64,000 nt of DNA from Nymphaea colorata (lineage: Eukaryota), in the NCBI RefSeq assembly GCF_008831285.2, contig NC_045138.2, forward strand, positions 15,500,001 to 15,564,000. The letters are read 5' to 3'. Below, piece by piece: positions 50,111 through 63,589 of this stretch. The translations under genes were made by a program, and so were the position numbers. Position 1 is the first letter of the stretch, and every line of letters starts with the position of its first letter. Under the pieces are notes generated by a model. That model was not told where the DNA came from, searched no databases, and worked only from the letters and a program-made list of their open reading frames with translations.

Positions 50111-52239
50111 GCACTCAATATTGATTCTTTGCACTACCGGCAGTAGGCGTTGGATTTGCACTAACCTGATTCCTTTCAAATTTGATGCCTCCGGATACTG
50201 GACGCAACCCCCACAACTGGGGCTTTTGACTTCCTAGATTTTTGTCCGCCGCAAATAATCTATGGGAAATGATATGAAAACCCCAGAGATATCGTTGCGG
50301 TTACAGCGGCAAAGAAATGTAATTGATTGACTCATATAGAACAATAATCATATTCTTGGTTTAATCTAAGCAATTACCTGAAAATGACGTGGAATCCACC
50401 CACCCAAATTGGTCATTCTTTCAAGGTCCTAGACTGAATCTGAACATCGGCTGAATTTCCTTTTTATTGGAAAATGCAACTAATATGAGGATTTATATGA
50501 TGGTAATCTGCAGATTCCTAATTGCATTACGGTGGATAAACACCCCTTTTTTCTTGCTAACAAAACTTCCTAGGAAACACATCATAAGGTAATACAATTG
50601 CCCTAAAGCAAACTTACACGGTCCAGCAGCAATGAAACGGTGCAAGTAGACGAGCAAATAAAAGACCAGAACCATCCCATAGAATTAATGTACACAAAAC
50701 GTGGTTAGACACCTCATCCATTTCTCTGCCTTTCATGCCTGCCTATCTGGCTAGAGGCACATCCTCTTTAGCAACTAGGATAACCATTTTAGCATCTTAT
50801 CTTTCAAGCTCACGTTCCACTACTACACAAGGATATAAATGGCTTTCCTAATCCCAAAATAAATCGACAGGCAGGGATGAATGGCATCCCATGGCGAGAT
50901 TCCAATGATTTCCAATTAGCAGTGCCGTAGTTAATGTAAATGTAGCAGAATTTGCACTTTAATTTGTAAACAAGGAATAAATTAAAATATTCCTCAATGC
51001 ATAAGCTTCTGAGTTGGGAAAGGAATCGCCATATCTGTCTGATAATGTAGCCAGGCAAAGCTTCGGAAGAGAACAGCATCACATGGGCAATGGAACCTGA
51101 ATAATCTCAAAAGAGTTCACGATGCTGAAAATTTCTCCATTCACCTGGTTAGAAAAAGCCCTCACGTTGAAGGTTAAGAGTTCAATGCGAAGGTGCATCT
51201 CCAAAGCCACCTGAGCCTGACTCCTGTCCCATGAGACAACCCGGCAAAGTCTGTTCCAGAACAGGGCTCCCCATAAAACCACCATCCCATTCAAAGGAAC
51301 ATGATTACAGAACCCTTCTGTTAGGAACATAATCTGGCAACAAACAAGGAATACTGAATTACATAGCTAGTTTGGTCATACGTGCAATGATGAGAATTCA
51401 GTCTTGATACATCTTCTCGAAAATATATAGTGGCTGTACCTTGCCCACCTTATAAACTAACTATGATGACATCCAAAAAAGAGAAAATAGGAACAAGGGC
51501 CTACCACCTGCTCTTGCTACTGTTTACATCCCATTAGTCAATCAAACGGTTGGCTGAAGATGCAAGAAACATAAATGTAGATTACTTCTAGATGACTGCA
51601 GTTTGCACTCACATCATTAAAAAATTCATCAAAATCAGGGCCCCAAGTTCGACCCCTGAAAGTCAGTAAGTACATTCTAAAGGCAAAAAAATATACAGCA
51701 CAGTAACCAAATTAAAAAGAAACTTGCTGAAATCGTTTTCCTGAAATGAATTTCTTCTATTTTTTAGTGTGTAAATTTTGGATTTCATATTTGGTAGAGC
51801 ATGTTTATACATGTGAATTTGCCAGCCAACAGCGTCTGATGATGAGGACAAATAAAAGGCCCCTAGACAACAATATTATGGCTGAAGTCTTCAAGAAAAC
51901 AAAATTTTGTTTCTGTGTACAAGATCGGTTAATACAAAAGAATTTACAAAGGATGCCACATCTCATCTGACTGAGCATGGATCAACTCCAGCTGATGATA
52001 AAGTAGCAAGAGCAATTATCAGCCTCCTGAAGTCCGTGATGCTTTCCATTGGAAAACTCCATGCTCAAACTACAGCGGCAACCTACACATCCACCACCAA
52101 AAGAAAAAGCGGGACAGAAAAATATTAATAGTGATGAGCAACTAAACAATATAAGATTGTTAAAAAATGCTCCAAATTCTGGAGAAAATGAATAATAGCA
52201 TCACCATTATCTCAAACCATCCTGCGACTTTATGGTACT

Positions 52240-55200
52240 TCAGTCATCAGGTGGGTCCTTTGCTAAGTTATCCATTTCAACAGTGTCATCTGCATTAAGC
52301 TCAGAGTGCTCCATTTCCTTCACCTTTTCAAGTTGCCTCAAGAGATCCAACCTATCTGGTGCATATGTAGACGGTATCTGCAGAGTACAAAACCCAGGTC
52401 AGCGAGCCAGTAATGCATTGGGTTTATGCACATCCAGATAAAGAAAGAAAGAGTTCAAGTACCAGTGCTGGCACGTATCTTTGAATAGCAGCAAGCATTG
52501 CCGCATGCCCCACTGCTGTAACCTGAAAAAGTAATAAATGTAATCTCCGGTACTTCGGCATGTGAAGTATTAAAAGCATGACCCAAGCACTACAACCAAA
52601 ACATGAAAACACACATGCATCTTAATTGAGAAAGTTTTTCTCACATTGAACTACTAAAATGTCTGGCTTGGCTACTAGCATAAGAGCCTGGCTGTAGCTA
52701 CACATGCCAAAAGTGAATAATTTTGGTATAATTTATCCTTAACCATTGATACAAGCCCTTCACATAAGCTTGCCTTATTCCTCTTTGGCCTCACTCAGTT
52801 CTGATCCACCTGCATCTAATTTCCTTTCATGACATGTAGGAATTTTAAGTCCCCTCCATGCAATTCTTCTCACCGCAACTAATTCCCAAGCAGCGGAAAT
52901 TTATTGCCCCCATTGATTTAGATTTAGTTTCATGGTAACATTCAGTCAATGTACCAACCGATGATAAAGGCCTGATGTTGTATATTGAATTATTGCAGTC
53001 AAAATATCAAGTTGGAGGGATGAAAGATACAAACAAGTAATTCTAAGAAAAAATCTATAGAAGCAACACAGAGTCAACGAACATGTACACAGTACACACA
53101 CACATGCATGTTTCTTCCACAAACAGAGTCATATAAGATGTTTGTGATATTTAGATGTTATATACCAAAATTCAATAAAACTCAAACGAGAAAGTACAAG
53201 TTCTGAAAAGGAAGCCTAAATTTTACATTAACAAAGAGGACTCGAACACTTAGATTGCACCATTAGAAGTATCAATGTCAATATTTAGCATCATTGTATG
53301 ATCAATGGAGAAAACTAATTGATAAAGCAACAAGGTTACTGGTTAGATTTTATCGTGTTTCATTTCACCATTCAGGTCGTTATGTGCTTCAAGTTTGGAA
53401 GTTTATTATGGCCTACCTACAATGAAAGCAAAATTTTACACCACTGATGAACCCACCAAGGAACCTAAGTAAACAGTACATGGATATCAATGACCAGGCC
53501 ATCTATAAAATAAAAGCTCCGAACTTGTATAGGAACCACTGGAGTTGACATCCTTTTCTACCATGATCGGATATGGATACAAGTAAGCTAGAAAAAACTT
53601 CCATATTATCTCTTGAATAACACATAAACTAAGAAGAGCAGCAGTTTCAACTTTTAAATGGTTAGAAAAAGGCAGAACGTTTGGTCTCTTAGTGAAGGCA
53701 TCACCAAGTACAGATGAGAAAAAGTTAATGGCCATTGTTTTCATAATGAGAACAAAGTACATAAATGAAAAGCATAAGCAATGGTTAGAAACAAGCCCCT
53801 AACGAGGCATAAATGCACTACAGGGAACACCATATAGTTGTATTAAGCAGTAACTCCATACATTCCATTTTCCAATACCTGGAAAAAGGAAAGAAGCATA
53901 GGAATTCTGATACTCACAGGTAGAAGCATAAGAATGCCAATGGGTATTACAGAAGCCAAGTCTGTTACAGTTCTCTGAAGGGCCTTCTTTTCCTTTTCCG
54001 TAATTTCATCGCCAGTAATTACCCTCTTGAGTAAGACTGTTGCTGCTGCTACATCAATGGCCAACAGTTGTGTGCCCTGCCACACATCCTGCTTTTACAA
54101 AAGATACACAATTACCCTTCATATAGCCGTCTTAGACAAATACAGACTCATGGATACCTGTAGATGCACACACATACATATGATAGCAGATAAAAGAACA
54201 TTATGATACAAGCATTTTACATATATATAAAATAAAAAACGGAGTGGGCACTGGACACAACAAAGAGACGGAAAAAAAAGGACATAATCACATAAAGTTA
54301 GCAAAATCTAGATAGTATAACCAACTTAAGTGAGCCATTCATCCAACAGGAAAACAAAAATATCCAGAGTTTTTACTTCATGTAACAGTAAAACCAGTGA
54401 ACAAAACCTTTCCATTTCATACTTTTTTATTACCTGGTATATGAATGAAAGCACAAAAAGGTAAGCACAAGCTTTTTTTTTACTTTAAATTTTGACAGAA
54501 CTAAACAAATGAACCTAACATTACAATATTGTCAAAAACATGCAATTTCTCGCACCCTAGGTCGAGACACATCTCCCTGAGTTCAACACTGGTTTTCTTC
54601 AACTTAAGGCCAGTTAATGAGTCAAATGACAAAATATTTTCAAATTAGTCCTGTCTTCGTATTAGCCATAAGGTTCTCATATCTTTCTTTAGCACTTCAA
54701 CTTTTGTGCCTCATAGTAATTCAACATCTCTTGCTCCATAGTCCATCTATTTTACGAATGATAAGAATTGTAAAGTTATCTTACTCTTTTTCTCTAATGA
54801 GATCATTTAGTATGATTGTGCTTTATGAGGAAAAAGGCACTTTTGTGTATTATTAGCAATATTTATCAGGAAATAACTTTTTGGGCTTTTTTATTTAACC
54901 ATGAAAAAGCTTAGGTGTATTATTAGCAATATTGAAACCTAGTTCTGTTTCTTCTTATGATCACCTATATTTTGGTGAGCATAATATTGAGAGGCAGAGC
55001 AGTACCAAATTATGACAATAGAGACCCGCCTCAATTATTAAATTCTTGAACTTCATTAACTTTTAAGCTGAACCACCCATCCAGGTGGATGGGAGCTTAG
55101 AACCAAATTTTATGGACATGTTTCAAGTGGAAAATTACATTACCCGACAGCAGCTGAGACACTTTAATAAAGCTGCAATTGGTCTAAGGCCATAAAAGCC

Positions 55201-58200
55201 CTTTCAGACAGACCCGCCTGAGACCCACCTGGCCAGCTTCTTAGAATATCAAGCTGCACCTTGAGAAAAATAAATTGGGAAAAAGCCTTACAAGTGGGTC
55301 CAAAATTCCAAACAAATATAAAACAAGGTTAAATCCATGTAACTAGATCTTAGTCCAATTATGTAACTGAAAAAACAAAGACAAGCACATGGTATCTATT
55401 GGGCTAGCTAGCAATAGGCAAAAAGTGAAACCAGGTCTCAGCAAACATAAGCCAGTTAACTGAAACAAGGATTCAGCTAACTTCACTTTCCCAGTGTAAC
55501 ATGCAACAGGAATATAATGTGATCAAGACAAGCTTTATCAAAAGAACAGGTAAATGAATAGTATAATACCGCTCCAGTTTCCTTGATCTTGCCAATTGAT
55601 TTCCCGATGATGCTTTCCTTCTTCTCTGATTGTGTTGGTGCCGTGCTTGGAGCTTCTGCCACAAGTTTTTCACTAGAACTTTCATTGACAAACTCTTCAT
55701 CCTGAAAGAGATTTTCTGAATGTCATTACAGGGCTAAAAGGTGGCTGAGATTCTATACCCATTCAACTCATTTTCCTCATGTACCTCCTCATTTTGGGCA
55801 TCAGAGGTGCTCCTCTGCACACGCTTCTCAAGCTGAATCAGTTCATTTCTTAAAAGTTCAAAACGGAGAATATCATTGGTTTCGGCTTTAACATCTCCAG
55901 TAATAGTGGTGCCAGATACTTGTGATTCATCAACCTAGAAAACAAAAATGTTTATGAAATATTGTAGGGGAGGCACCATGTATATGTACAATAGTTCTAC
56001 TCAAATGAATGTGATCACACTGGAATTGGAACCAATTCGCAACCAGGAGCTCTGCTATCAAATTATAATTTCATGCATCTTAAGAAGTCCAAGAAAGTTC
56101 ACATTGCACCAGCAATAACTAAGTTTTCATTTACGGTGAATCAACAGTTGTAACTTCTTGTTGTCACAAGCATAACCACAAATGTCATTTTAGAGTTCTT
56201 ATCGATGAAGTTTTTCTCAGGTATGTTTAGGCAAAATTTGTTTTATCCAGGAAAATCTCAAGAAAATTTCAGAGATTTCAAAAAAAATCAAAATATTAAG
56301 TGAAAATTAAAATAAATGAAAAACTAATAAGAAGATATAAAAAATATCTAGATGAAATAATAAAAATGATAAAGTGATGAGCATCATACTGCATGTAGGA
56401 GGCCGCATTAAAATACCTAAAACAAGAGGAGATAAAACAATGAAACATGTTAGAATACCGTGTAATAGGGAACCGGGTCCGGATATGGACCCGGTACCCA
56501 TGGGCACGGGAACTGAGGACGGGCTCGGTTCCCTAGGCGGGTCTCTCTTCCTCCCTCTTTTATTCTAATCACTTATTGTAATTGTTGATTAAGTGACTCC
56601 TAGGGTTGCGGTTTTGCCCCTAGGTTAGAGCTTCCCCGTGGTTTTTCACCTCGTTCCGAGGTTTTCCACGTAAATCCTGTGTTCGTTTTTTCTTTCTCTT
56701 CTTCCGCTGCGTATTTCTACAAAACAAAAGTTGAAAAAACAAACACAAATATTGAAAAAATAAATAAACGAAAAAAAATCCCAAAAAAATGTGATAAAAA
56801 TGTGATAAATTGGTTTTTACGCTTTTTCAGAATATTGTGTATTTTTCCCATTTCTTTTTGTTTTCATTTTTTCTGTTAATATCGTGATATTTTTGAAAAT
56901 ATTGTAACATCTATGGCTATGGTCACAAGCAAATACACATTTTTCTCTACATCGAGATACATGATATAGCTTGTTCACTAGCAATACTAAACTTATATAT
57001 GTTCATTAAAAGAAGAATCAAAACATCCAAACACGTGATCTGAAAACAGCATAAAAAGAAATAGGCTACTTATAACATATCCAAATGAGGGTTACACAAT
57101 GTCTTACATAAAAACCATGTTATCACCTAAAGGTACCTTTGAGTTGGTGGCCTCCTATGTCCCAACTGCGCAAGCATATGCACACCAGGTGCATTATTTA
57201 TGAAAGTCCAAGTTGAGACAGTTGATAGAATAGTTGATACCACAAGAAAAGAATAAAGTAAGTGCATGTACCATGTGTTTCTGTAAATTTGTACTTCAAT
57301 GCTTCTTTACAACCCAAATATACTGAATACTCTACACCAAACTACTTAAGTGCAAAAGTTTGAGAATTTCACCATCAGGTCATTCTGCAGTCTAATCCAT
57401 TGTTTACCTCGTAAAGTACCCCTATGTGTCAAAACAACTAATTTATGTACATGTTTTTGCTAAATAAGACATGACCAACATACTTTTTCATAAACACATA
57501 CGTTATCATGTAATCATGGATGCATATATATGCACACATGTACGTATGTGCCATGACAATACAAAAGGCATGTGGTTTAGCACAATGGAACTAACAAATT
57601 GAATGCATAAATCATATGTTTTCTTTGAAATTATTTCATTAACTTCTAATGTTAAAGCCACTAAAGTCCACTCAAAAAGTTATTAGTCTTATGATATAAG
57701 AACTAATTAAATGGACAATATAGAAAGTTTGGAAAATTGACTAATAATTCTGAAAGGAACGAAAAAAAATATATATTAGCACACCAAGGGCGCACTTACA
57801 GTTGATTTTGTTGCCAATAATTCCAATCCTGTTTTCTTTGATCGTGGTGCAAAGAAGCTCCACAAACGACGAGAGTCATGAAAAGCCCTGATATTTAAGT
57901 ACAAGAAAATGGCAGAAATAGAGAAAATTATGAGGAAACTGGCACAGGTGATTAAGATGATTACGACAAGAGAAAAGACAAAAGCAAATATGTTGATTTT
58001 CACATGAAGGTTTTTACATAGCAAAAATTTAAATATGTTTGGAAGAATGACATAAGATGCAGGTGAAATGACAGTTGTACTGTACCTCTTTGTAACTTTA
58101 TCTTTCTCATTATTAAGCACCATATTATCCTCTTTTGAAGCGTTTATATTTCCAAAGTGGGCTTCCTTACTGACTGAACTTCGTAAAGCATCCTCTTCTT

Positions 58201-61200
58201 CCTAGTTAACCACCATTACAACACAATTAAATCAATGCTCATAATGTAAGTAGCCGTGAACAAAGAGGCAAATGATACTCAAAGAATACATGGAAATGTA
58301 TAGGCTAATGCCACATGCAGCATTTGTTACTATGCACTCTTTCTTGAAATCTAGTTACTCCATTTCAACTACTACCTTATTATAAAGACCCATGGGCAAT
58401 CTTTCCTTAACAAGTTTATCAACAGTGTTGTGATCCGAGAAAAACCTTCCACAAATTGTGTAGGAGCTTGCCAAGCCAAGGAATGACCAATATATATATA
58501 TATATATATCAAAAGAGACAGAGAGAGTAAAAAGAAAAACACAAATTTTAAAAGGAAAATGACAAAATGATATTTAAAATCTGTTATAGCCTTATAGAGG
58601 GGAAAGAGAGAGAGTCAATCTTGACTAGAAAATATAGTGAAGGGAGGGGAAAATAAGAAGGAAGAAAAGAAAAAGGGAAGAGAGAGAGGGGAAGGAAGAA
58701 AAGGAAAAAACAAAAGAAGTGTTATGTTTTGCATGCTTCATATTCAAAAAGAATGACGTCCCAGGCATGTTGATGTGTGTCGATGTTAGTGTCAGTGTCA
58801 GACATGGCTATAACACTGAAATATCATGTTTTTTGAAGTGTCCATGCAGCATAGTTTGTATGTAAGATATATTAGGTCACTAAATTCTAAAATGCCCTTA
58901 AAGTAGGAGATCTGGATAATGAATCCATAATGGATTGAGACCCAAAAACCAAATAATATGCATAAGCCAAAAAGAAGTCTAACATAACTAACAAATGGGC
59001 AAATGTGCGGCTTTAAAGCCATTTGCTGCCATTTTATTTACTAGAGATGCAAAGTTTTGGATCCAGAACAGGTGTATACACTGGACACCAGGCAAGAGTT
59101 ATCATCTACAGCAAAAAAATAATAAAACCCTTATACTCAATCTGGGAATAGTTGCAACCCCATTGCTATGAATCCAAATCATTCACAGACTAAGAACTCG
59201 TGCATGTAAAAGTAATCATCCATGTATGAGGTGTTTTACCCTGCAGTATGCAGACACACCTAAGCACAGAATTTGAACACAATTATGCAGTAAAAAATTT
59301 AAGTCGTGCTAGTATGATAAGAATCTGGGTGTTTAACACAAATAGGTAAATTATATAAGAAGAAAACCACACAGTCAAATTTAAAGTCTGGAAGATAATA
59401 TTTCATAATTACAAGCTCATATGAGACACTGAGAGAAAGTAATGGTTTTAAATTTGTAAGAAACCTGTTGAAGTGATGCTGCCTTGGCTCTGAATGATGC
59501 TTCAAGAAATTCAGCCTCCTTTTTAAGTTTTCTTATCCTTTCCAGATCAGAGCAAGCAGCTTCAAGGTGTTCCTTCCCTGTCTTGGTGCTACTCACATGA
59601 AGCTCTTGAAGCAACTCCTCTAACCGCTTCAGAGCTTCCTCAACACTCTGCAATGCCTGTGGTGTTTTTATTAAACAATTAAATGTGTCAATGATCTTCA
59701 GGAAAGCAACGGTAACTTTTTTGGGTAAGAATATCCAAAGCTTCATTAATTAATCAAGTTTTAGAATATTCAAATCTTCATTAATTGATCAAGTTTTTGG
59801 TTCGCTCCATATAAAAAGTTTATGCTTTTAAGTAGTTTGTATAACAAGACACTATCAATGGCTTCCTCTCCTGTTTTTCCTTGGAAACAGAGAGAGAAAG
59901 TGGGAGAGAGAGACATGTTTTATAAAAAATGAAAACAGAGCAAGAATTACATTTTCCAAATTAGTGGAAAACCAAGAACTTGTGCATGCCTGTTCAAATG
60001 ATTCTCCATCTGGCTCAACTAATGAGTCACTTCGAAGAGCTGCACCTGAATCCCGAGTAGTGACAGTGGATGTTCTTCCCCTGCAGTCAAAGAAAGAAAG
60101 GAACCCAACAGAAGGTTAAGTGACAAGTTTGCCTAATTTCATGAAAATTATTTTTGTGCAACTCAAAAAAACAGAGGTAAAATCAATGTGGGGACCTCTT
60201 GTAACTTACTTTAAAACTCCCAGTCTTTCTTTGCATTGGTTTAGCTTTTGGTGTCTGCGAAAATAATAAATAAGCATTGCAAGTAAAAGACATATAGTCA
60301 GGCAAAAGATAAGAGAAAGTAGGTTTATAAAGTAATTGGAAACATTGCCTCTTTTGACCAAGCGTGTACCAAGATGAATTACCCCCTAGAAAGAAACCTT
60401 GCTGCTTTAACATTAGAAGGGTTCTCAAGCCACGAGCTGTATTTAATAAAGCTCTCAAACCAATGGAAGCATGTCTCTAGGGCATTCACGATAGCCTCCT
60501 TCTTGGAACATCCTTGGCTGTGCCATTCATTTTCTTCATGCTCATGGCTTGAGGCAACCGAACTATTTGAATAGAATTGAAGCCATTCCAGTTCTTCACA
60601 AACGACCTAATAGGAGAAGAAAGACATTTGAGTTACACTGTTGCTGCAACAATGCCAGTAAGCAAACTGTAGAAACTGCTAAGAGAGCAAAAAAGATTCC
60701 ATAGAGTATAGCTGACCTCGACATAAAGCTGATAGGAACTTATGGAAGAGAGCTGAGGGTAATATAATATGCTTCCACCAATTAGATACCTAGAATGGCC
60801 ATCAAAACAATATAACATAGCCCATAGGAAAATAAGCAAAAACAAAATTGCGAATGAAAGAAAGAACCACATACTAAAGCTTCTCAAAACTGAAGAAAAC
60901 CTTATGATATCTTCAACAGGATCATCCTTCACATCAACACCACTAGTTGAAAGGTATGACTTTGTGCTCCTTCCTAGCGCAATGAAGAATCCAAATATCG
61001 CCAAATCCTTTTCCAAAACCTGCAGTTAGCACATGCACGTTTGCCCCATCAGCTGGGAAAGAACGCACTGCTTATGCAAAAAATAAGCATAAGCTCTCTA
61101 ATGAGAAAACCCAACCAAAGTTTGAAACACATAAAACAATCAAAGTCATTAAATAATTTACCCATCATAATCATGTGCAAGCAAACCAGCTCCATCAGAT

Positions 61201-63589
61201 TGTAGAGCAGGGGCATTCTATTGTAATTATTTGTTACTTGATTTTCTAAAATGAAAATTCACTTATCATTTGTAACTAAAGACTTGCATTCAATTGTTTG
61301 CAATATTTCCTTTGTGTTTAATTTTTAGAGAAGTGCCTTCTTCATTGTTCACAAGGTTCTATTTTCAATGTGTTATTTCCCAAGAGATAGATTTCCCTTG
61401 TGCTTTCATGAAAAACCTTCTCCATGCACTTTAAATAGACAAAGACGGGCATCTATGGACACAAGAATGACTTCAAGCCCACTCAAAATATCATCCTAAT
61501 AAAAAAAATGGTAACAACTTGTAGAAAATGCCAAGTATATGTTTTCCAATAAATACAATCAACATTGAGGGAATATGTAGAAACAAGAACAAGATTTTCC
61601 AAGAAAAATCATGATCTCCAACCTCTATACTTTCACATGTTGTGAGTCTTGACCATATTCTTTCCCTGTCAATAGCACGTTGCAGCTGTCTCTGGGCAAG
61701 ATCAACCCAAAAAGCTATCTCTTTAGTGTCCTTATCTAGATTGTCCTGGCAACCTGCTGCTCTAGGACCAAAATGAGCAAGAAACTCTCTGCGCAATCCT
61801 ATTTTTCTCATAAAGCCATAAGCTTGATCTATAGGAACAAAATCAATAAGCCTCTCCATAAATCTTCCAGTAACATCTGGTATAAGAGAAAAAAATTGGG
61901 GGCAGGAAATCTTTGCTGGTCCAAGCTTTGTAATTGCAGCAATACAACTCAGTGCAAGCATTAGGAGAGACACATCGTGAGTCGTATCACAGGATGATAC
62001 ACCTTTTTTGCTTCTGCATCATTGTAGAGCAATGAAAGATAAAGAACTCATTAACAACAAAACCTTGATGACCTATATAGTTAAAAACTTAAAATTTTCC
62101 AGACACAGTATCAGTTCAGGAATGAAGCATACACTTTTGTTGCTTCTGCAAAGCGAGGAGTTGCTTCAAAATAATTAACATAACTTGCCATAACCACTGG
62201 GTTTTGCTGTGACCAGAACCATTCACTTGCCACTTGGTCCTTCCCAGAAAGTTCTTTTGTAATTACACTCTCCAAAGGAGCAGACTGTCTCAACAAACTG
62301 CACACAAATTCTAAGACCAATCAACCAACTGTAACTTCTAGTTATTCTAGACTAGGGACAGATAAATGTGCAAAATGTATAACATAAAAGTATAGGCAAA
62401 GTGGCAAAAAAATCACACATACTTTACAGAATCTAGTATTATTCAGAAAAAACTGGCTCACCATACCCATAGTGTCTCTTAGGCTATGTTTGAAAGCCTC
62501 AAATCTAAGTTCCAAGGTGATTTGGGAACCATGCAGATCTAAGATCTGCGCATCTGTGGTCCAAAACATACCCCAACCACAGAGACACAGTTTCTGCATT
62601 CACCGTAGATGGGAAAACCGTAGATCAAAAATCCATTGATTGTTTGAGTTATGGATTGCACAGCAGCACGGATCTCAAATCACATTGGGTCTTATATCCA
62701 AGGATATCAAACTCAAACTTAGGGTAACAAGCAGCTCTAGAATCTGCCTCGCTGAACGAATAAAATGAAGTCACAGGGAATGAAAACAAAGCAATTCTAA
62801 AAGCCTAACATTTTCATCCTCCTCTGTTCTCGTAAGAAAAAGTATGACATATTTAGTTATACATGAGGAAGTATATAGAACAGCACAGATCAGCTCTAGA
62901 TAATGCATAGGAGGAATTTCCAGTTTGACTCCCATATTGCATTTACTGTACACATATATACATATGTGTGATTGTGTGTCTATTTCTATATATGTATATG
63001 CCACATAAATATATAATAAATGTGTGTTGCATTTGAATTTTATAATAATTGACAAATCATTGCATCCACTGCTGCATCCATCTGAAATAGTTGCAAATAC
63101 ATAGATAAGAATGTCAATGTATTTTGTGTTCAAGAATGTTAACCACTGCGACAGTGGAATTTGAACAACTTATAAGATATTCATGATGGAAACTAAAGAA
63201 TGTTGTGAGAAGCATGCGAGTCTGGGACACTACATTGACAAAACAAATAAAGTATTTGTAGAGAATTTTTTAAATATCCAGGACATTCAAAAGGATCACA
63301 TGTCCAACATAGAGCAAGGAATTTGTCACTATGATCAGTAATTTCACCTTCAAGAACCAATGGCTTTAATTGGTAATACCATATTACCGGACTAAAAGGT
63401 CAGAAAAATAGTAAGTCTCAAGTTCTCAACTCCAGAAATTTGTTACAGAATAAACAACACGATGTTCAAGGGCTAACCACTTATAATCCGTGCATACCTC
63501 CTCTGAACAAACAAGTTAACATCTCTGTCCCTTCCATCTCCTCGAGACGCAATTTCACATGCTGCTTGCAGCAAAGAATGAACAGCAGC
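52240..63589 (-). CDS. Plant LETM1-like protein (At3g11560/At5g06220 type); 5' end lies outside the window; 16 exons visible (~748 aa)
   Basis: Exons 63589-63498, 62297-62133, 62013-61623, 61019-60901, 60789-60717, 60606-60383, 60254-60210, 60080-59990, 59656-59465, 58201-58086, 57887-57800, 55934-55785, 55701-55570, 54088-53918, 52522-52463 and 52377-52240 total 2247 nt in frame to TGA. C-terminal LETM1-like region: DVWQGTQLLAIDV..LQRTVTDLASVIPIGILMLLP-VTAVGHAAMLAAIQRYVPAL-IPSTY. Coiled coil: LEAACSDLERIRKLKKEAEFLEASFRAKA. Confidence 0.9.
56171..56921. mobile_element. Non-autonomous hAT-type element in an intron of the LETM1-like gene
   Basis: Perfect 8-bp TSD GTCACAAG (56163-56170 and 56922-56929). 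TIRs CATAACCACAAATGTCA vs the reverse complement CATAGCCATAGATGTTA match at 13/17. AT-rich non-coding interior. Confidence 0.8.
56448..56721. mobile_element. Solo LTR (274 bp, probably Copia-type) nested in the hAT-type element
   Basis: TGTTAGAA...TTCTACA ends with a perfect 5-bp TSD AAACA (56443-56447 and 56722-56726). GC-rich relative to its flanks. Contains GGTTTTCCACGTAAA, a motif I associate with Copia LTR 3' parts. Confidence 0.85.
62482..62718. mobile_element. Tourist-like (PIF/Harbinger) MITE in an intron of the LETM1-like gene
   Basis: Flanked by TTA on both sides. Degenerate TIRs GGCTATGTTTGAAAGCCT / AGGATATCAAACTCAAAC match at 12/18. A related copy lies near 26900. Confidence 0.6.

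Noticed and set aside
51833..51870. CTGATGA as a possible hammerhead ribozyme core (also ~20927 and ~53444)
   Set aside because: No properly spaced GAAA or supporting stems.
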